64,000 bases of DNA from Verrucomicrobiota bacterium (GCA_016871575.1 VHCW01000016.1:133-64132); one strand, 5' to 3'. Positions 49,059 to 60,800 are shown, counted from the stretch's first letter. Made by a program: numbers and translations. The notes: a model not told the origin generated them from the sequence alone.

Positions 49059-51581
49059 ATGAACAAACAGTCAGGTTGGAAGTTTGGCATTATCGCCTTG
49101 ATCACCGTGGCCGCGTGCTATTTCATGTGGCCGCCGTTCAACCGCGACCTCGTCGCGGAATTCGAGCAGCGCGCCATGACCAAGGACGCGGCGTTCAATA
49201 AAATGATGGAGACCGTGCGCGCCAAGGAGACGGCAGCGCCATTGCGGAGTTTTCAGAACTTGCGCGAGGCCGCTGAGGAACTGAAGATTGACCTGCGCAA
49301 CTATTTCCCCGGCGTTGCCAAGTCCGATTCCAAGACGCCGAACGTGGACATCCTGAATCAAGTGGACCGTGCGTGCGGCGGCAAGATCAAGCTCGGCCTC
49401 GACCTCAAGGGCGGCACTTCCTTCTTGCTGCGGATGGACATGACCCAGATTGACAGCGCCGGGCGCGGCGCGGCCATCAACCAGGCCATCGAGATCATCG
49501 GCAAACGCGTCAACAAATTCGGCGTCAGCGAACCGATCATTCAACGCGTTGGCGAAGACCGCATCCTCGTGCAATTGCCCGGCTTGGCCGAGCGCGACCG
49601 CGTTGAGGCGCGGCGCACCATCGAGCAGACCGCCTACTTGGAGTTTCGCATCGTGCACGCCGACAACGACCAGTTGCAGGCCCAGGCGGCGACCGATGCG
49701 CGTTTCCTGCCGCCGATTGGCTACACGAACATGACGCACGTCACGACGCGCGACGGACAGTCGTTCACCGAGCATCTTTACGTCAAGCTGCGTCCCGAAC
49801 GCGGCCTGACCGGCAAATACGTCGAGCGCGCCTACGTGGCCAGCGACGATATTGGTCGCCCCAACATCTCCCTCAATTTCAACAAGGAAGGCGCAGTCAT
49901 TTTCGCGCAGGTCGCCGCCGCCTATCCGGACCGGCGGCTGGCCATCATTCTCGACGGAGAAATCCAGTCCGCGCCCGTCATCCAGCCCCGGCTCTCCGAG
50001 GATGCCCGGTCGCTCGGTTCGATTCGCAACGCCCAGATTACCGGCCAGTTCAGTCTCGTTGAAGCGCGGCGACTCGCCAGTATCCTCGAAAACCCGCTCC
50101 AAGCACCCGTCAAGGTCCTCGAAGAACGCAGCGTGGACCCGTCGCTCGGACGCGACGCGGTTCGCAGCGGCATCTACGCCTCGCTGCTGGCTGCTGCTGG
50201 GGTGCTTGTGTTCATGGTGCTGTACTACCGGATCGCCGGGTTTATTGCGACGTTTGCGATGGGGCTGAACTTTGTGATTTTGATGGGCGTGCTCGCGCTG
50301 TTCAAGTTCACGCTTACGCTTCCCGGCATTGCCGGCATTGCGCTGACCATCGGCATGTCGGTGGACGCCAACGTCCTGATTTTCGAGCGTATCCGCGAGG
50401 AACTGGCCGCCGGCAAACCGTTGCGCGCCGCCATCGCCGCTGGTTACCAGCGCGCCTGGCTGGTGATTTTCGACTCCAACCTGACCACGATTCTCAGCGG
50501 TGCCATCCTGATCTGGCTGGGCACGGGTGCATTGCGCGGGTTCGGTGTCACGCTGGTCATCGGTTTGCTCGCGAACCTTTTTGCCGCGGTATTCGTGACG
50601 CGTACGCTGTTCGACTGGATGATTGCCAAGGGTTTGTTCAGCAAGTTTTATTCGATGCAACTGTTCCCGAAGACAAAGATAGATTTTCTCGGCGCGCGGC
50701 GCTGGGTGGGCGCGGCGATGGCGTTGCTCATCCTCGTCGGCGGCTGGATGTTTGTCCGCCAAGGCGGCCTCCATTTCGGGCGCGGACAAGTGTATGGAAT
50801 TGATTTCACCGGCGGCGATGGCGTGATGTTGAAGTTTGCCGAGCGCGTTTCCCCGGCAGAGCTGCGCAGGACGTTGGAGGCAACTGGTGCGAAGGATTCC
50901 TTCATCCAATACCAACGCGAAGGCACCGGTCTGGAAGTGTTGTCGTTGCGTCTGGCAGTCGGCGAGGCCGATAAAGTCGTCCCGGCGATCCAGAAACAGT
51001 ATCCCGCGGCACAATTCACCGTGCTCAGCAAGGATGAAGTCGGCGCCGTCGTCGGGCAGGAACTTGGACGGCAAGGCTTGGAAGCGATCGGCGTTTCGAT
51101 GTTGATGATCATGATCTATATCGCCTTCCGCTTCGGCGAATTCGCGTACGGCGTCGGCGCGCTCGTCGCCGTGCTGGTGTCCGTCGCCGCCTCGCTGGCG
51201 CTCTTCGTGTTGAGCGGACGCACCTTCTCGATGACGGTTGTCGCGGCGATCCTGACCATCATCGGTTACGGCATCAACGATACCATTGTCGTTTTCGACC
51301 GCATCCGGGAGAACCGGAAACTGGCGGGCGGGCGGATTGACTACTTCGCGTTGCTGAACCGCAGCATCAACGACACGCTCGCGCGCACGATGTTGACCGG
51401 CGGCAGCACCATCTTCGCAACGGGAGTGCTCTTGATGCTTGGCGGGCGCGTGTTGAACGATTTCGCGTTCACGTTCCTCGTGGGCGTCATCGTCAGCACC
51501 ATCGCCTCCATCTGCGTTGCCAGCCCGATTGTGCTCTGGTTCCACCGCAAAGAAGCCAAAGCTGCCGCTGCGAAAGCGTAA
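49059..51581 (+). CDS. secDF: Fused protein-export membrane protein SecDF
   Basis: 840 aa with two consecutive 6-TM SecD and SecF modules. Confidence 0.9.
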   Translation: MNKQSGWKFGIIALITVAACYFMWPPFNRDLVAEFEQRAMTKDAAFNKMMETVRAKETAAPLRSFQNLREAAEELKIDLRNYFPGVAKSDSKTPNVDILNQVDRACGGKIKLGLDLKGGTSFLLRMDMTQIDSAGRGAAINQAIEIIGKRVNKFGVSEPIIQRVGEDRILVQLPGLAERDRVEARRTIEQTAYLEFRIVHADNDQLQAQAATDARFLPPIGYTNMTHVTTRDGQSFTEHLYVKLRPERGLTGKYVERAYVASDDIGRPNISLNFNKEGAVIFAQVAAAYPDRRLAIILDGEIQSAPVIQPRLSEDARSLGSIRNAQITGQFSLVEARRLASILENPLQAPVKVLEERSVDPSLGRDAVRSGIYASLLAAAGVLVFMVLYYRIAGFIATFAMGLNFVILMGVLALFKFTLTLPGIAGIALTIGMSVDANVLIFERIREELAAGKPLRAAIAAGYQRAWLVIFDSNLTTILSGAILIWLGTGALRGFGVTLVIGLLANLFAAVFVTRTLFDWMIAKGLFSKFYSMQLFPKTKIDFLGARRWVGAAMALLILVGGWMFVRQGGLHFGRGQVYGIDFTGGDGVMLKFAERVSPAELRRTLEATGAKDSFIQYQREGTGLEVLSLRLAVGEADKVVPAIQKQYPAAQFTVLSKDEVGAVVGQELGRQGLEAIGVSMLMIMIYIAFRFGEFAYGVGALVAVLVSVAASLALFVLSGRTFSMTVVAAILTIIGYGINDTIVVFDRIRENRKLAGGRIDYFALLNRSINDTLARTMLTGGSTIFATGVLLMLGGRVLNDFAFTFLVGVIVSTIASICVASPIVLWFHRKEAKAAAAKA

Positions 51582-51583
51582 TC

Positions 51584-53308
51584 GTGTCCAAACGCTGGCT
51601 TATCGCGCAAGCGGAACCAGCCGTGGCCGGGGCGCTTGCCCGGAGCCTTGACTTGCCGTTGGCGTTGGCGCAAACGCTGTTGAACCGCGGTTGCCGTGAC
51701 GCCGAGGCCGCGAAGCATTTCCTGCAACCGCAACTCCGTCAGCTTGCCGACCCGTTCGCGTTGCCCGACATGGCCGCCGCCGTCGAGCGGATCCAGACGG
51801 CGCTCGCGCACCGTGAACGCATCGTCATCTACGGCGATTACGACGTGGATGGAGTCACCGCCAGCGCGCTCCTCACGCGTGTCCTCCGCGCCGCCGGTGG
51901 CGATGTCGCCAATTTCCTCCCGCACCGGATGGACGAGGGCTACGGCCTCAGCGTGGACGGCGTTGCCCGGTGTGTCCGTGAGCGCGCTCCGCAACTGCTC
52001 ATCGCCGTTGACTGCGGCACCAGTTCCCCACAAGAGATTGCCAACCTCAAATCGGAAGGCATTGACACCATCGTCATCGACCACCATGAGCCGCCAGTGG
52101 AATTGCCGCAATGCGTCGCGCTGGTGAATCCGAAAGTGGGACAACCGTCCCGGTTGTCCTCGGCAACGGAACGGGTGGACAACCGGGACGGTTGTCCCAC
52201 GTATTTGGCGAGCGTCGGCGTCGCCTTCAAACTGGCGCACGCGCTCCTCAAATCGAACCGTCACTGGGACATTGACCTTCGCGAGCATCTTGACCTTGTT
52301 GCGCTCGGCACGGTCGCCGATGTTGTTCCTCTCACCGGCGAAAACCGCATCCTCGTCAAAGCCGGGTTGGAACGGATCTCGTGCACAAAAAAAACCGGTC
52401 TGCGCGCGTTGATGGAAATCGCCAAGGTGCCGGATCAGGTTACGCCCTACCACATCGGCTTCCGTCTTGGGCCGCGCTTGAACGCGGCGGGGCGGCTCGC
52501 CGACGCGATGGCATCGCTCGAACTCTTGCTGACGAACGACGACGGTCGCGCCGCCGAACTGGCGGGGTTGCTTCACGAGCACAACGCCCATCGCCAGCAA
52601 ATCGAGGAACAGATTGTCACGCAGGCGCTCGCGCAAGCCCGCGAACAATCCGGGGCGCTTGTGTTGGTGCTCTCAAACCCCGACTGGCACACCGGCGTCA
52701 TCGGCATCGTTGCCTCGCGTGTGCTTCAGGAGTTTTACCGTCCGACCGTCATCATCGGCGCCGACGGCAAAGGCTCCTGCCGCAGCATTGCCGGTTTTTC
52801 GATGGTGGCGGCGTTGTCGGAATGCGCGCCGTTGCTGGTCCGTTTTGGTGGCCACGAGATGGCAGCGGGACTGACGGTGTCTCCGGAGAATGTTCCGGCG
52901 TTGTTCCGCCAACTGAACGAGGTTGCCGCGCAGAAGTTATCGGGGCAACTCCTGACGCCTCCGGTTGCGATTGACGCGGTGGTGCGGTTGTCTGACCTGG
53001 ACGCGGAGTTTTTCGGGGCGCTGGAGCAATTCGAGCCATGCGGCGCTGAGAACCCGACGCCGGTCTTTGCCGTTCGCAATGTCGTGGTGCGCGGCGCGCC
53101 GCGCGTGTTGAAGAAGAAGCACCTGAAGTTCTCGGTGACCGATGGCGAGATGACGGCATCGGCGATCTGGTTCAGCGCAGGGGAGGCGGTCTTGCCGTCG
53201 GGTGTGATGGATGTGGCGTTCACGGCGGAGTTGGACGACTTCCGCGGGGAACCGACAGTGCAGTTGCGTGTGCGGGATATACGGGTGTCCGAGTCAGGGA
53301 ATGCCTGA
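51584..53308 (+). CDS. recJ: Single-stranded-DNA-specific exonuclease RecJ
   Basis: DHH motifs (IYGDYDVDGVTA, DHH at VIDHHEP) and DHHA1 region. Confidence 0.9.
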   Translation: MSKRWLIAQAEPAVAGALARSLDLPLALAQTLLNRGCRDAEAAKHFLQPQLRQLADPFALPDMAAAVERIQTALAHRERIVIYGDYDVDGVTASALLTRVLRAAGGDVANFLPHRMDEGYGLSVDGVARCVRERAPQLLIAVDCGTSSPQEIANLKSEGIDTIVIDHHEPPVELPQCVALVNPKVGQPSRLSSATERVDNRDGCPTYLASVGVAFKLAHALLKSNRHWDIDLREHLDLVALGTVADVVPLTGENRILVKAGLERISCTKKTGLRALMEIAKVPDQVTPYHIGFRLGPRLNAAGRLADAMASLELLLTNDDGRAAELAGLLHEHNAHRQQIEEQIVTQALAQAREQSGALVLVLSNPDWHTGVIGIVASRVLQEFYRPTVIIGADGKGSCRSIAGFSMVAALSECAPLLVRFGGHEMAAGLTVSPENVPALFRQLNEVAAQKLSGQLLTPPVAIDAVVRLSDLDAEFFGALEQFEPCGAENPTPVFAVRNVVVRGAPRVLKKKHLKFSVTDGEMTASAIWFSAGEAVLPSGVMDVAFTAELDDFRGEPTVQLRVRDIRVSESGNA

Positions 53309-53634
53309 TGCGAGAATCAGTCGCACCCCGATTGTCGGAACGATGGGCGGATGCGATTCTTTGGCGGCTTACAGAAGGGTGGTGTGACTTGGAAAAGACA
53401 ACACGATCAACGGTGGAAGTTCCGTTAACGGATTGCTGCCATTGCCGCACAAAGGACGTTGGCATGTTTGGTTTTTCTGCATGTCTGGCGCCCAAACCCG
53501 ACCACTGCTGGTATGCGCTGTCACTCGGCAACCAGGTGTACTGTTCGCACCCGGAACATGCCCGGTACCGGAAACCGCAAGCAGAGTTGAGTTGAGGGCA
53601 TCATTGCGGTACTCTGGCAGCCGACAGGGCTGCC

Positions 53635-56010
53635 ATGAAGAGATTGCTCGAAACATCATTGCGCTGGAACCTGACCGTGTTCGTTGGCATGGTCGTGGTG
53701 GCGACAGTTGCCTTGTTGAGTGTGGTTGGGTACGCCGTCACAGCCGACATTCTTCGCCGTCAGATTTACGAGCGTCTCTCCGTGGTGCAGGCCGACCGCC
53801 AGAGGATGCTCCTTAATCATGTGCGGCACCAACTCGAACTGGTCACACTGCAGGCGCGCCGCGTGTCGCTGCTCGAACAATTGGAAAAGTACAACGACGG
53901 TCGCCTCCCGGAAGCGCTTTTCCGCAAAACCTCGCAAAGCAGCCTTGAGGACTTGCTGAAATCGTCCCGAAGTTTCGAGGCGCTCTGGGTTGCCAATCCG
54001 ACGGGCCTCGTCATCACCGCGACAGCCGAGAATTTCCTCTGGAAAGACCTCTCCGTGCAGCCCGAATTTCAAATCGGGCGAACCAACGCGCACATGGGTG
54101 TCATCAGCCTGACGGAAGGCAGGCACCAAGTGGTTGCCGTTGCGCCGGCGCGCGGCAGCGATGGAACGCTGCAAGGGGTTGTCATGGCGCTGTTGGGCGC
54201 CGACGATATTGTTTCGGATTTGGCCGACGTTACCGGCCTTGGCGAGACCGGTGAAGTGCTCGTCGGGCGACGCGTCGGCGGTCGGATACGTTATCTGGTG
54301 CCGTCGCGGTTTCAGCCGGACGTGACTGAGGTGTCAGCCGAGACGATGCCGGCGATGAACGCGGCGATTGACGGGCAAAAAGGCTTCATGCGCACCCGCG
54401 ATGCCCAAGGGGCCGACGTGCTTGTGGCCTATGGCCCAGTCGGCTATTTGGACTGGGGGCTGGTGGCGAAGATGAACTGGTCGGAAGCCTATCGTCCCAT
54501 CATCTGGTTGCGCTGGGCTGTCGTGCTGTCGTTGCTCGTGATGTTGACTGGTGGGATTTGGAGTTCCTACGAACTGGCGCGCCGTTTCACACAGCCCATC
54601 CTCGAAATGGCCGGAATGGCGGAGTCCATCGCCACCGGGGCCATGGACGCGAGGCTGGAGGTCAAGACCAAGGACGAGGTGGGCAAACTGGGGATCGCCT
54701 TCAACCGGATGGCGGAACAACTCGCGCAATCCTACAGCGCGTTGGAGGAACGCGTCCGCCAACGCACCGCCGCCCTCGCCGCCGAGAGGCATTTGTTGCA
54801 GAGCTTGATGGACCACATTCCCGACCATATTTACTTCAAGGACCGGGAGAGCCGGTTCCTGCGGGTCAACCGCGCGATGGCGCGATGGATCGGCGCGCGT
54901 TCGCCGGAGCATGCCGTGGGCAAGAGCGATGCCGACATTTTTCGCGAGGAGCACGCCACTGACGCGCGGGCGGACGAGCAGCAGGTGATGGAAACCGGCC
55001 AGCCAATTGTCGGCAAGGAAGAAAAAGAGACCTGGCCCGATGGACGCGAGACGTGGGTTTCCACCACCAAGGCGCCGTTCCGCGACGAGCAGGGGCAACT
55101 AGCCGGCACGTTCGGCATTTCACGGGACATCACCAATCGCAAAGCCGCCGAGGAACAACTCGCGCTCTATGCGCAAGCTCTCGCGGAGAAAAACCGCCAG
55201 ATTCAAGAAGACCTTGCCATGGCCCGCGAAGTCCAACTGGCCATGTTGCCGCAACGCTACCCGACATTCCCTCGCGGAACGACGCCGGAACAGAGCGCGC
55301 TTCGTTTTTGCCACCATTACCAGCCGACCTCCATGCTCGGCGGCGATTTCTTCGAGGTGTTGGTGCTCTCCGATACAAAGGCCGGTGTGTTCATCGGCGA
55401 CGTCATGGGGCACGGTGTCCGTGCCGCGCTGGTCATGGCCGTCATTCGCGGGCTGGTGGATGAACTCCAGCCGTTTGCCGCCGAGCCGAGCCGGTTTCTC
55501 AAGGAAATCAATCGCGTTCTCGTCGCGCGCCAAGTGTCCACGTCACCCGTTTTTGTCACGGCCTTGTACATGGTGGTGGACGCTGCCAATGGCCTTGTCC
55601 ATTGCGCTTCCGCCGGGCATCCCAGCCCGTTCTGGCTGCGGCGCGATCTGGGCCGAGTCGAACCGCTCGTCACCGGCGCTCCCCGCAACGGCCCTGTCCT
55701 CGGCCTGCTTGACGAAACTGAATATCCCGCCACACGGCACGCCTTGGCCATCCACGATGCCGTTCTCCTGTACACCGATGGCCTTTACGAAATTCAAAAC
55801 GCGGCTGCCGATTTCTATGGCCCCGACAGTGTCCAGGCGTTCCTTCAGGAACATCTCAAGCTGCCTTGTGACGAACTCCTGCGCGCCTTGATTGCCGATG
55901 CCCAACGCCACGCCGCGGGCGGCGAGTTTGAGGATGACGTCTGCCTCGTTGCCGTCCAACTTGCCCGTCATCTTGCCGGCGCGACAGGCGCGGCTTGGGA
56001 GACGCCATAA
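53635..56010 (+). CDS. Membrane sensor protein: periplasmic sensing domain, HAMP, PAS, and PP2C/SpoIIE-type Ser/Thr phosphatase output
   Basis: Two TM segments flanking a ~250-aa extracytoplasmic region; HAMP; PAS ([14 protein letters not shown]); C-terminal SpoIIE motifs GDFFEV ... GDVMGHGV. Confidence 0.8.
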   Translation: MKRLLETSLRWNLTVFVGMVVVATVALLSVVGYAVTADILRRQIYERLSVVQADRQRMLLNHVRHQLELVTLQARRVSLLEQLEKYNDGRLPEALFRKTSQSSLEDLLKSSRSFEALWVANPTGLVITATAENFLWKDLSVQPEFQIGRTNAHMGVISLTEGRHQVVAVAPARGSDGTLQGVVMALLGADDIVSDLADVTGLGETGEVLVGRRVGGRIRYLVPSRFQPDVTEVSAETMPAMNAAIDGQKGFMRTRDAQGADVLVAYGPVGYLDWGLVAKMNWSEAYRPIIWLRWAVVLSLLVMLTGGIWSSYELARRFTQPILEMAGMAESIATGAMDARLEVKTKDEVGKLGIAFNRMAEQLAQSYSALEERVRQRTAALAAERHLLQSLMDHIPDHIYFKDRESRFLRVNRAMARWIGARSPEHAVGKSDADIFREEHATDARADEQQVMETGQPIVGKEEKETWPDGRETWVSTTKAPFRDEQGQLAGTFGISRDITNRKAAEEQLALYAQALAEKNRQIQEDLAMAREVQLAMLPQRYPTFPRGTTPEQSALRFCHHYQPTSMLGGDFFEVLVLSDTKAGVFIGDVMGHGVRAALVMAVIRGLVDELQPFAAEPSRFLKEINRVLVARQVSTSPVFVTALYMVVDAANGLVHCASAGHPSPFWLRRDLGRVEPLVTGAPRNGPVLGLLDETEYPATRHALAIHDAVLLYTDGLYEIQNAAADFYGPDSVQAFLQEHLKLPCDELLRALIADAQRHAAGGEFEDDVCLVAVQLARHLAGATGAAWETP

Positions 56011-56015
56011 AAACG

Positions 56016-56041
56016 GAAGCACGGAGACATCTCCGTGCTTC
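56016..56041 (-). terminator. Perfect 11-bp-stem hairpin (GAAGCACGGAG-ACAT-CTCCGTGCTTC) between convergent genes; T-tract on the minus strand makes it the rpmB terminator
   Basis: Seen in sequence; AAAAAC precedes it on the plus strand (TTTTT follows on the minus strand). Confidence 0.6.
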
Positions 56042-56066
56042 AACCGCTGATGGAACGGAATTGGGG

Positions 56067-56297
56067 TTACCCGGCTTTCTGAATCCGACCTGACCGCAGG
56101 CAACTGGTGCAAAGACGGACGCGTTTCGTCTGGCCGTTGACCGATGCGCGGACTGATTGAAGGTTGGGATGGAAGATACGGGGCGTGACGGCTGTCACGT
56201 GCTGGCCGATGCCGCCTTTTTTCTTCGCCTGGCCGCGCCGCAGGATGGTGCTGCCGCGGACAGCGCCTTTACCGCAAATATCACAAATTCGGGACAT
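56067..56297 (-). CDS. rpmB: 50S ribosomal protein L28
   Basis: MSRICDICGKGAVRG..I...GQAKKKGG L28 signature; start at the internal Met of the six-frame ORF. Confidence 0.85.
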   Translation of the reverse strand: MSRICDICGKGAVRGSTILRRGQAKKKGGIGQHVTAVTPRIFHPNLQSVRASVNGQTKRVRLCTSCLRSGRIQKAG

Positions 56298-56386
56298 AGT
56301 ATTGCTCCATTTCCATTTGAGGGCGCGCACCATACCCAAACCCGCAGTGCCGCGCAAGGGCAAACTTTCAACTGCAACAATCGCCG

Positions 56387-58237
56387 TTATGCGGCCAGCC
56401 CGTTTGACACCTTCCGACTGACAGTGAGCAGTTGCTTCCGCAATTCATCAGGATCGCTTACTGGCGCATGGCATGCCCGGTTCGCGCAGATTTGCGCGAA
56501 CGGGGTAGAGCCGTGTTGGTGTCGAATGACCCGGTTCGGCAAGTACTGTTCATGAACAACGGCCAGCAATCTCCCGACGTCGTCGCCGGTGAAGGTGATT
56601 TCGACCGGTTCACGCAATGCCAGGTCAAGCGCGCAAAGCAGTTGCGGCGCCGCTTGCGGCGCGTCGTTCAGCATTCCGCCGAATAACGCAAGCGTCTTTT
56701 GTGCGGCGGCGCGATATCTTTCCCGGTCGCCGTGCGGGGCCAGGCGCAACAGCAGCAATGCCGCCTGCGCGTTGCCGCTCGGCTCGGCGCCGTCGTGGCT
56801 GTCTTTGGCGCGAACAATCACGACCGGGTCGGTCGTCTGAAAGAAACCTCCATTCTGGGAGTCATAAAACAAACCCAGCATTTGGTCGGCGCAGGAAATG
56901 GATTTGCGGAGCCAGCGCGGCTCCAGGGTTGCCTCATAGAGGTCGAGCAGCGCAATTCCAAGGTTCGCATAATCGTCCAACAAGCCGGGAACAGTTTCCG
57001 TGCGGCAGGGGCCGCGGTCGATGAGATAGTCGGCGGAGCGGATTGCGGCGCCGAGGGCGCTCCCGCTTGGATCAACCAGCCGGGCCAAGGCCGAGATCAT
57101 CAGGCCGTTCCAACTGGTGATGATCTTTTCGTCGCGGTGCGGACGGCTGCGACGGTTGCGCGCGGCAAAAAGCAAAGAACGTTCCGGTTCTGCCATCTTT
57201 CCGAAGAGAACCTCCCCGCCGTGGGCGCGTGTGAAGGCGTGCGTGTTGACGCCAAGCAGGCTTTTCAGTTCATCGCAGGTCCACGTGTAGAATTTGCCCT
57301 CGATGCCCTCGCTGTCGGCATCCTCGGCGGCGTAGAACGCGCCGACGGACGACGTGAGGTCGCGGAGCACGTAGTCAGCCGTGCGACGGGCGATGTCCTG
57401 GTAGTACAGGTCGCCGGTGATTTGCCAGGCTTCGGTGTAGCTGATGATCAGTTGGGCCTGGTCATAAAGCATCTTCTCGAAGTGCGGGACGAGCCAGCGT
57501 TCGTCCGTGCTGTAACGGTGGAAACCGCCGCCGAGTTGGTCGTGAATGCCGCCTTCCGCCATGGCGCGAAGTTGATGCAATGCCATCTCCCGTCCTCCAC
57601 ATCGAAACAAAAAGTTGAGGGCGCTCGGCTGCGGAAATTTCGGGGCGGAACCGAAACCGCCGTGGACGCTGTCATGCGCGGCGCGGTAGTGTTCGATGGC
57701 GTTGTGAATGAGGTTGTCATCCAACGGGCGGGCCGTCGGCCCGGCTCTGCCAGTGGAAAGGTAAGAGCGTAATGCCTCCGTGATTGCACCGGCTTGTTGT
57801 CGGACCTCGGCAGGGCGGGCATCCCAGAGTTCGTGAATGCGCCGGCAGATCTGACGGAACATGTCGCGCGGGATGTACGTTGCGCAGTAAAACGGTTCAA
57901 GATCCGGCGTCAGCCAGAGGCTCATGGGCCAGCCGCCGGAGCCAGTCATGGCTTGGAGGGCGGTCATGTACAGATGATCAATGTCCGGTCGTTCTTCGCG
58001 GTCCAGTTTGATGCAGATGAAGAAATCGTTCAGCAGCGCGGCGGTGCCGGTGTCCTCGAAGGACTCGTGCGCCATGACGTGGCACCAGTGACAAGTGGAA
58101 TAGCCAACGGAAAGGAAAATGGGCTTGTTCTCAGCCCGCGCCTTGGCGATGGCTTCGTTGTTCCACGGCCACCAATCCACGGGGTTGTCGGCGTGTTGCC
58201 GAAGATAGGGGCTGGTTGTGTGGTGGAGACGGTTCAT
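56387..58237 (-). CDS. Thioredoxin-domain protein, YyaL/DUF255 family (thioredoxin plus six-hairpin glycosidase-like domain)
   Basis: [19 protein letters not shown]...[22 protein letters not shown]-terminal signature. Confidence 0.8.
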   Translation of the reverse strand: MNRLHHTTSPYLRQHADNPVDWWPWNNEAIAKARAENKPIFLSVGYSTCHWCHVMAHESFEDTGTAALLNDFFICIKLDREERPDIDHLYMTALQAMTGSGGWPMSLWLTPDLEPFYCATYIPRDMFRQICRRIHELWDARPAEVRQQAGAITEALRSYLSTGRAGPTARPLDDNLIHNAIEHYRAAHDSVHGGFGSAPKFPQPSALNFLFRCGGREMALHQLRAMAEGGIHDQLGGGFHRYSTDERWLVPHFEKMLYDQAQLIISYTEAWQITGDLYYQDIARRTADYVLRDLTSSVGAFYAAEDADSEGIEGKFYTWTCDELKSLLGVNTHAFTRAHGGEVLFGKMAEPERSLLFAARNRRSRPHRDEKIITSWNGLMISALARLVDPSGSALGAAIRSADYLIDRGPCRTETVPGLLDDYANLGIALLDLYEATLEPRWLRKSISCADQMLGLFYDSQNGGFFQTTDPVVIVRAKDSHDGAEPSGNAQAALLLLRLAPHGDRERYRAAAQKTLALFGGMLNDAPQAAPQLLCALDLALREPVEITFTGDDVGRLLAVVHEQYLPNRVIRHQHGSTPFAQICANRACHAPVSDPDELRKQLLTVSRKVSNGLAA

Positions 58238-58436
58238 TGTCCGGCGCCGACGCGAGAGAATGAAAAGTGACAATCATGGGGGACAGAGACAACTGCGGAT
58301 GTTGTCGAACAACAACCTGTTTTGAGGAGGTGTGAAGCTTTCCCCTCGAAAAGCGAGCGCACGTCTGGCGCGTACATGCGGGTGCATGAAACGGCGAGGA
58401 TGCGAAAGGCAGCGGTTGGCAAGGCTGTCCCGGTGG

Positions 58437-60740
58437 CTAGTTGAACGGCAGAAACTTGACGCAGACGGCGGCGCCGACTTCGATGCTTTGGCCGGTAGGT
58501 GTCAGTTTGCCGGTTGCGGTGTCCAGACGGAAGACGACGACGTTGTCGGAGTTCTGGTGGGCGGCGAGCAGCCACTTGCCAGTCGGGTCGAGGTTGAAGT
58601 TGCGGGGCATGTTGCCGAGCGTCGGCGCGTGTTGCACGGGCGTCAACTTGCCGGTTGAGGCGTCAATCTTGAACACAGCGATGGTGTCGTGACCGCGGTT
58701 GGAGCCGTACAGGAATTTGCCGTTCGGATGCACCAGTACCTCGGCGGTGCTGAAGCCTTGTTGCACCGTTTCGCCGGCGGGCAGCGTCGTGATTGTCTGC
58801 GTCTCGCTGAGCGCGCCGCGTTTGGCGTCGTATCGGAACGCGGTCACGGTGCAGAGCATCTCGTTGATGACGTAAGCGAATTTGCCGTTCGGATGAAACG
58901 CGAGATGACGCGGCCCCGATCCGGGCGCGAGAGTGGCAAACGCCGGGTTGTTGGGGGTCAACGTGCCTTTCGTGGCGTTGAACTGGTAGATCATCACCTT
59001 GTCGAGGCCGAGGTCGGACACGAAGGCAAACCGGTTGGCGGCATCGAGAAAGATCGAGTGCGCGTGCGGTCCCTGCTGCCGTTTCAGGTTCACGCTGGAA
59101 CCGACGTGTTGCACGAACGCCGAGGCTTCGCGGAGACGTCCGTCGGTCTCGATGGGCAACACGGCCACGCTGCCGCCGGCATAGTTGGCGACGAGCGCGT
59201 GCTTGCCGGTCTTGTCCACGTTGACGTGGCACGGCCCGGCGCCCACTGTTGATTGTTGGTTCAGGAGGGTGAGTTTGCCGGACGATTCGATGGCGAATGC
59301 GCTGACAGCGCCGCCTTTTTGTCCTGATAATTCGCCGACAGCGTACAGGAACTTTCGGCTCGGATGAATGGCGACGAACGACGGGTTGGTCGTTTCCGCC
59401 GCCAGTTCCGGCGCGCCGAGTTGGCCGGTCTCGGTGTTGAAAATCGAGCGGTAAATTCCCTTGCTCTTGCCGGTCCGCGTGTACGTGCCGAAGTACACGG
59501 CATAACTTCTCTTGAAATGACGGTCTGCAAACATGATGTACTGTCTCCAATCATACTCCGTGATGTTGTGTTTGCCTTCGCGGCAATGGTAGCCAATCGT
59601 CCGCCCGACCGGAGTGTTCACGGGCGGCATTTCCGTTGCACCGAATCCATCCGTTCCCAACAGCCGATACACCGGGTCGGCGTGCCGGCAGGCCAGAAAC
59701 TCACCTTTCGGGTCAGCCCACGAATCCTCCGACGCGCTCGCCACATAAACGGGGCGGGGCGCGCTCAACGCCACCAGCATGTGGGCGTCCACCGGCAGAT
59801 CGTTCTCCCGGTCGTTGTAGTTCTTGAAGTTGGCGCAGAACCAGTGGGGAAAATTCTTGTTGATCAACGCGATGGTCTCCCCGAAACAACGGCGCGTGAT
59901 GGCCGCGCCGCCTTCGCCGGAGTTGTTGGAGATGACCACGGCAAACCGCTCGTCCTGCGCACCGGCCCAGAGCGCGGTCTTGCCGAGGCGAGAGTGGCCG
60001 ACGACCGCCACGTGACGCGCGTCCACCGCAGTGTCTTTCTCCAGGCAATCGAGGGCGCGGCTCAAACTCCACGCCCATGCGCCAATGCAACCCCAGTCAC
60101 CGGGATAGACCGCGCGAATGCCGTGTTTCCAGCCTTCCGCGTAATCCGGCTCGACATCGGCGCGGGAGATCGTTGCGACGCCGTAGCCGCTTGCCAGAAG
60201 CATCTCGATGGGCCAGCGGTCTGCGCTGGAGCCGCGCGTCTCTTCGCCGGGACGGACGAGTTCTTCCTTGTTTGTCTTTTTGTCCCAAGTCCACTGCTCG
60301 CGAATCGGGATGCCGGGGTCGGCCGAGACAGTGTGATTGCCCGGAAAGTTCATGCTCAGAAACATCGGCACTGGCCGAGTGATGTGGTTGGGCAGATACA
60401 CGAGCAAATCCATTCCCCACGCGCCGTTGGCAGTCGAGAGCCGGTACAATTTGCGTGTCGCCTTGCCGCCAAGCGCTTGTTTATCGCTGGAAACCAGAAT
60501 GGATTTCAGGGGCGGAATCTTCGGGGCGCGGCCAAAAACGTGGGTGCGGTACAATTCGAGGATTTCCGCGCGGCGTTGTCGCTGCCATTGTCCGGCGGTG
60601 GTCACTTTTGTGCCGTCGCACATCACGAGCGGGTCCGGCAACGTGTAGGCCGGCACTTTCGATTCGTCGGTCATGGAGCGCGGCGGTGATTGCGCAGCGA
60701 TACTCAGGGCGGCGAGGGCAAGCAAACATCGTTTCATCAT
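58437..60740 (-). CDS. Exported fusion: CE15-like glucuronoyl esterase domain (GHSRLGK nucleophile motif) plus C-terminal 7-bladed beta-propeller lactonase (6-phosphogluconolactonase/3-carboxymuconate-cyclase-like) domain
   Basis: Signal peptide; VAVVGHSRLGKTALWAGAQDERFAVV matches the CE15 G-C/H-S-R-x-G motif; the C-terminal ~350 aa have lactonase-propeller repeats. Confidence 0.6.
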   Translation of the reverse strand: MMKRCLLALAALSIAAQSPPRSMTDESKVPAYTLPDPLVMCDGTKVTTAGQWQRQRRAEILELYRTHVFGRAPKIPPLKSILVSSDKQALGGKATRKLYRLSTANGAWGMDLLVYLPNHITRPVPMFLSMNFPGNHTVSADPGIPIREQWTWDKKTNKEELVRPGEETRGSSADRWPIEMLLASGYGVATISRADVEPDYAEGWKHGIRAVYPGDWGCIGAWAWSLSRALDCLEKDTAVDARHVAVVGHSRLGKTALWAGAQDERFAVVISNNSGEGGAAITRRCFGETIALINKNFPHWFCANFKNYNDRENDLPVDAHMLVALSAPRPVYVASASEDSWADPKGEFLACRHADPVYRLLGTDGFGATEMPPVNTPVGRTIGYHCREGKHNITEYDWRQYIMFADRHFKRSYAVYFGTYTRTGKSKGIYRSIFNTETGQLGAPELAAETTNPSFVAIHPSRKFLYAVGELSGQKGGAVSAFAIESSGKLTLLNQQSTVGAGPCHVNVDKTGKHALVANYAGGSVAVLPIETDGRLREASAFVQHVGSSVNLKRQQGPHAHSIFLDAANRFAFVSDLGLDKVMIYQFNATKGTLTPNNPAFATLAPGSGPRHLAFHPNGKFAYVINEMLCTVTAFRYDAKRGALSETQTITTLPAGETVQQGFSTAEVLVHPNGKFLYGSNRGHDTIAVFKIDASTGKLTPVQHAPTLGNMPRNFNLDPTGKWLLAAHQNSDNVVVFRLDTATGKLTPTGQSIEVGAAVCVKFLPFN

Positions 60741-60800
60741 CGGTTCTCCGTCACGTTCATACTATTGCGACGCTTGGGATGCAAGCGCGCTCAACGCGCG

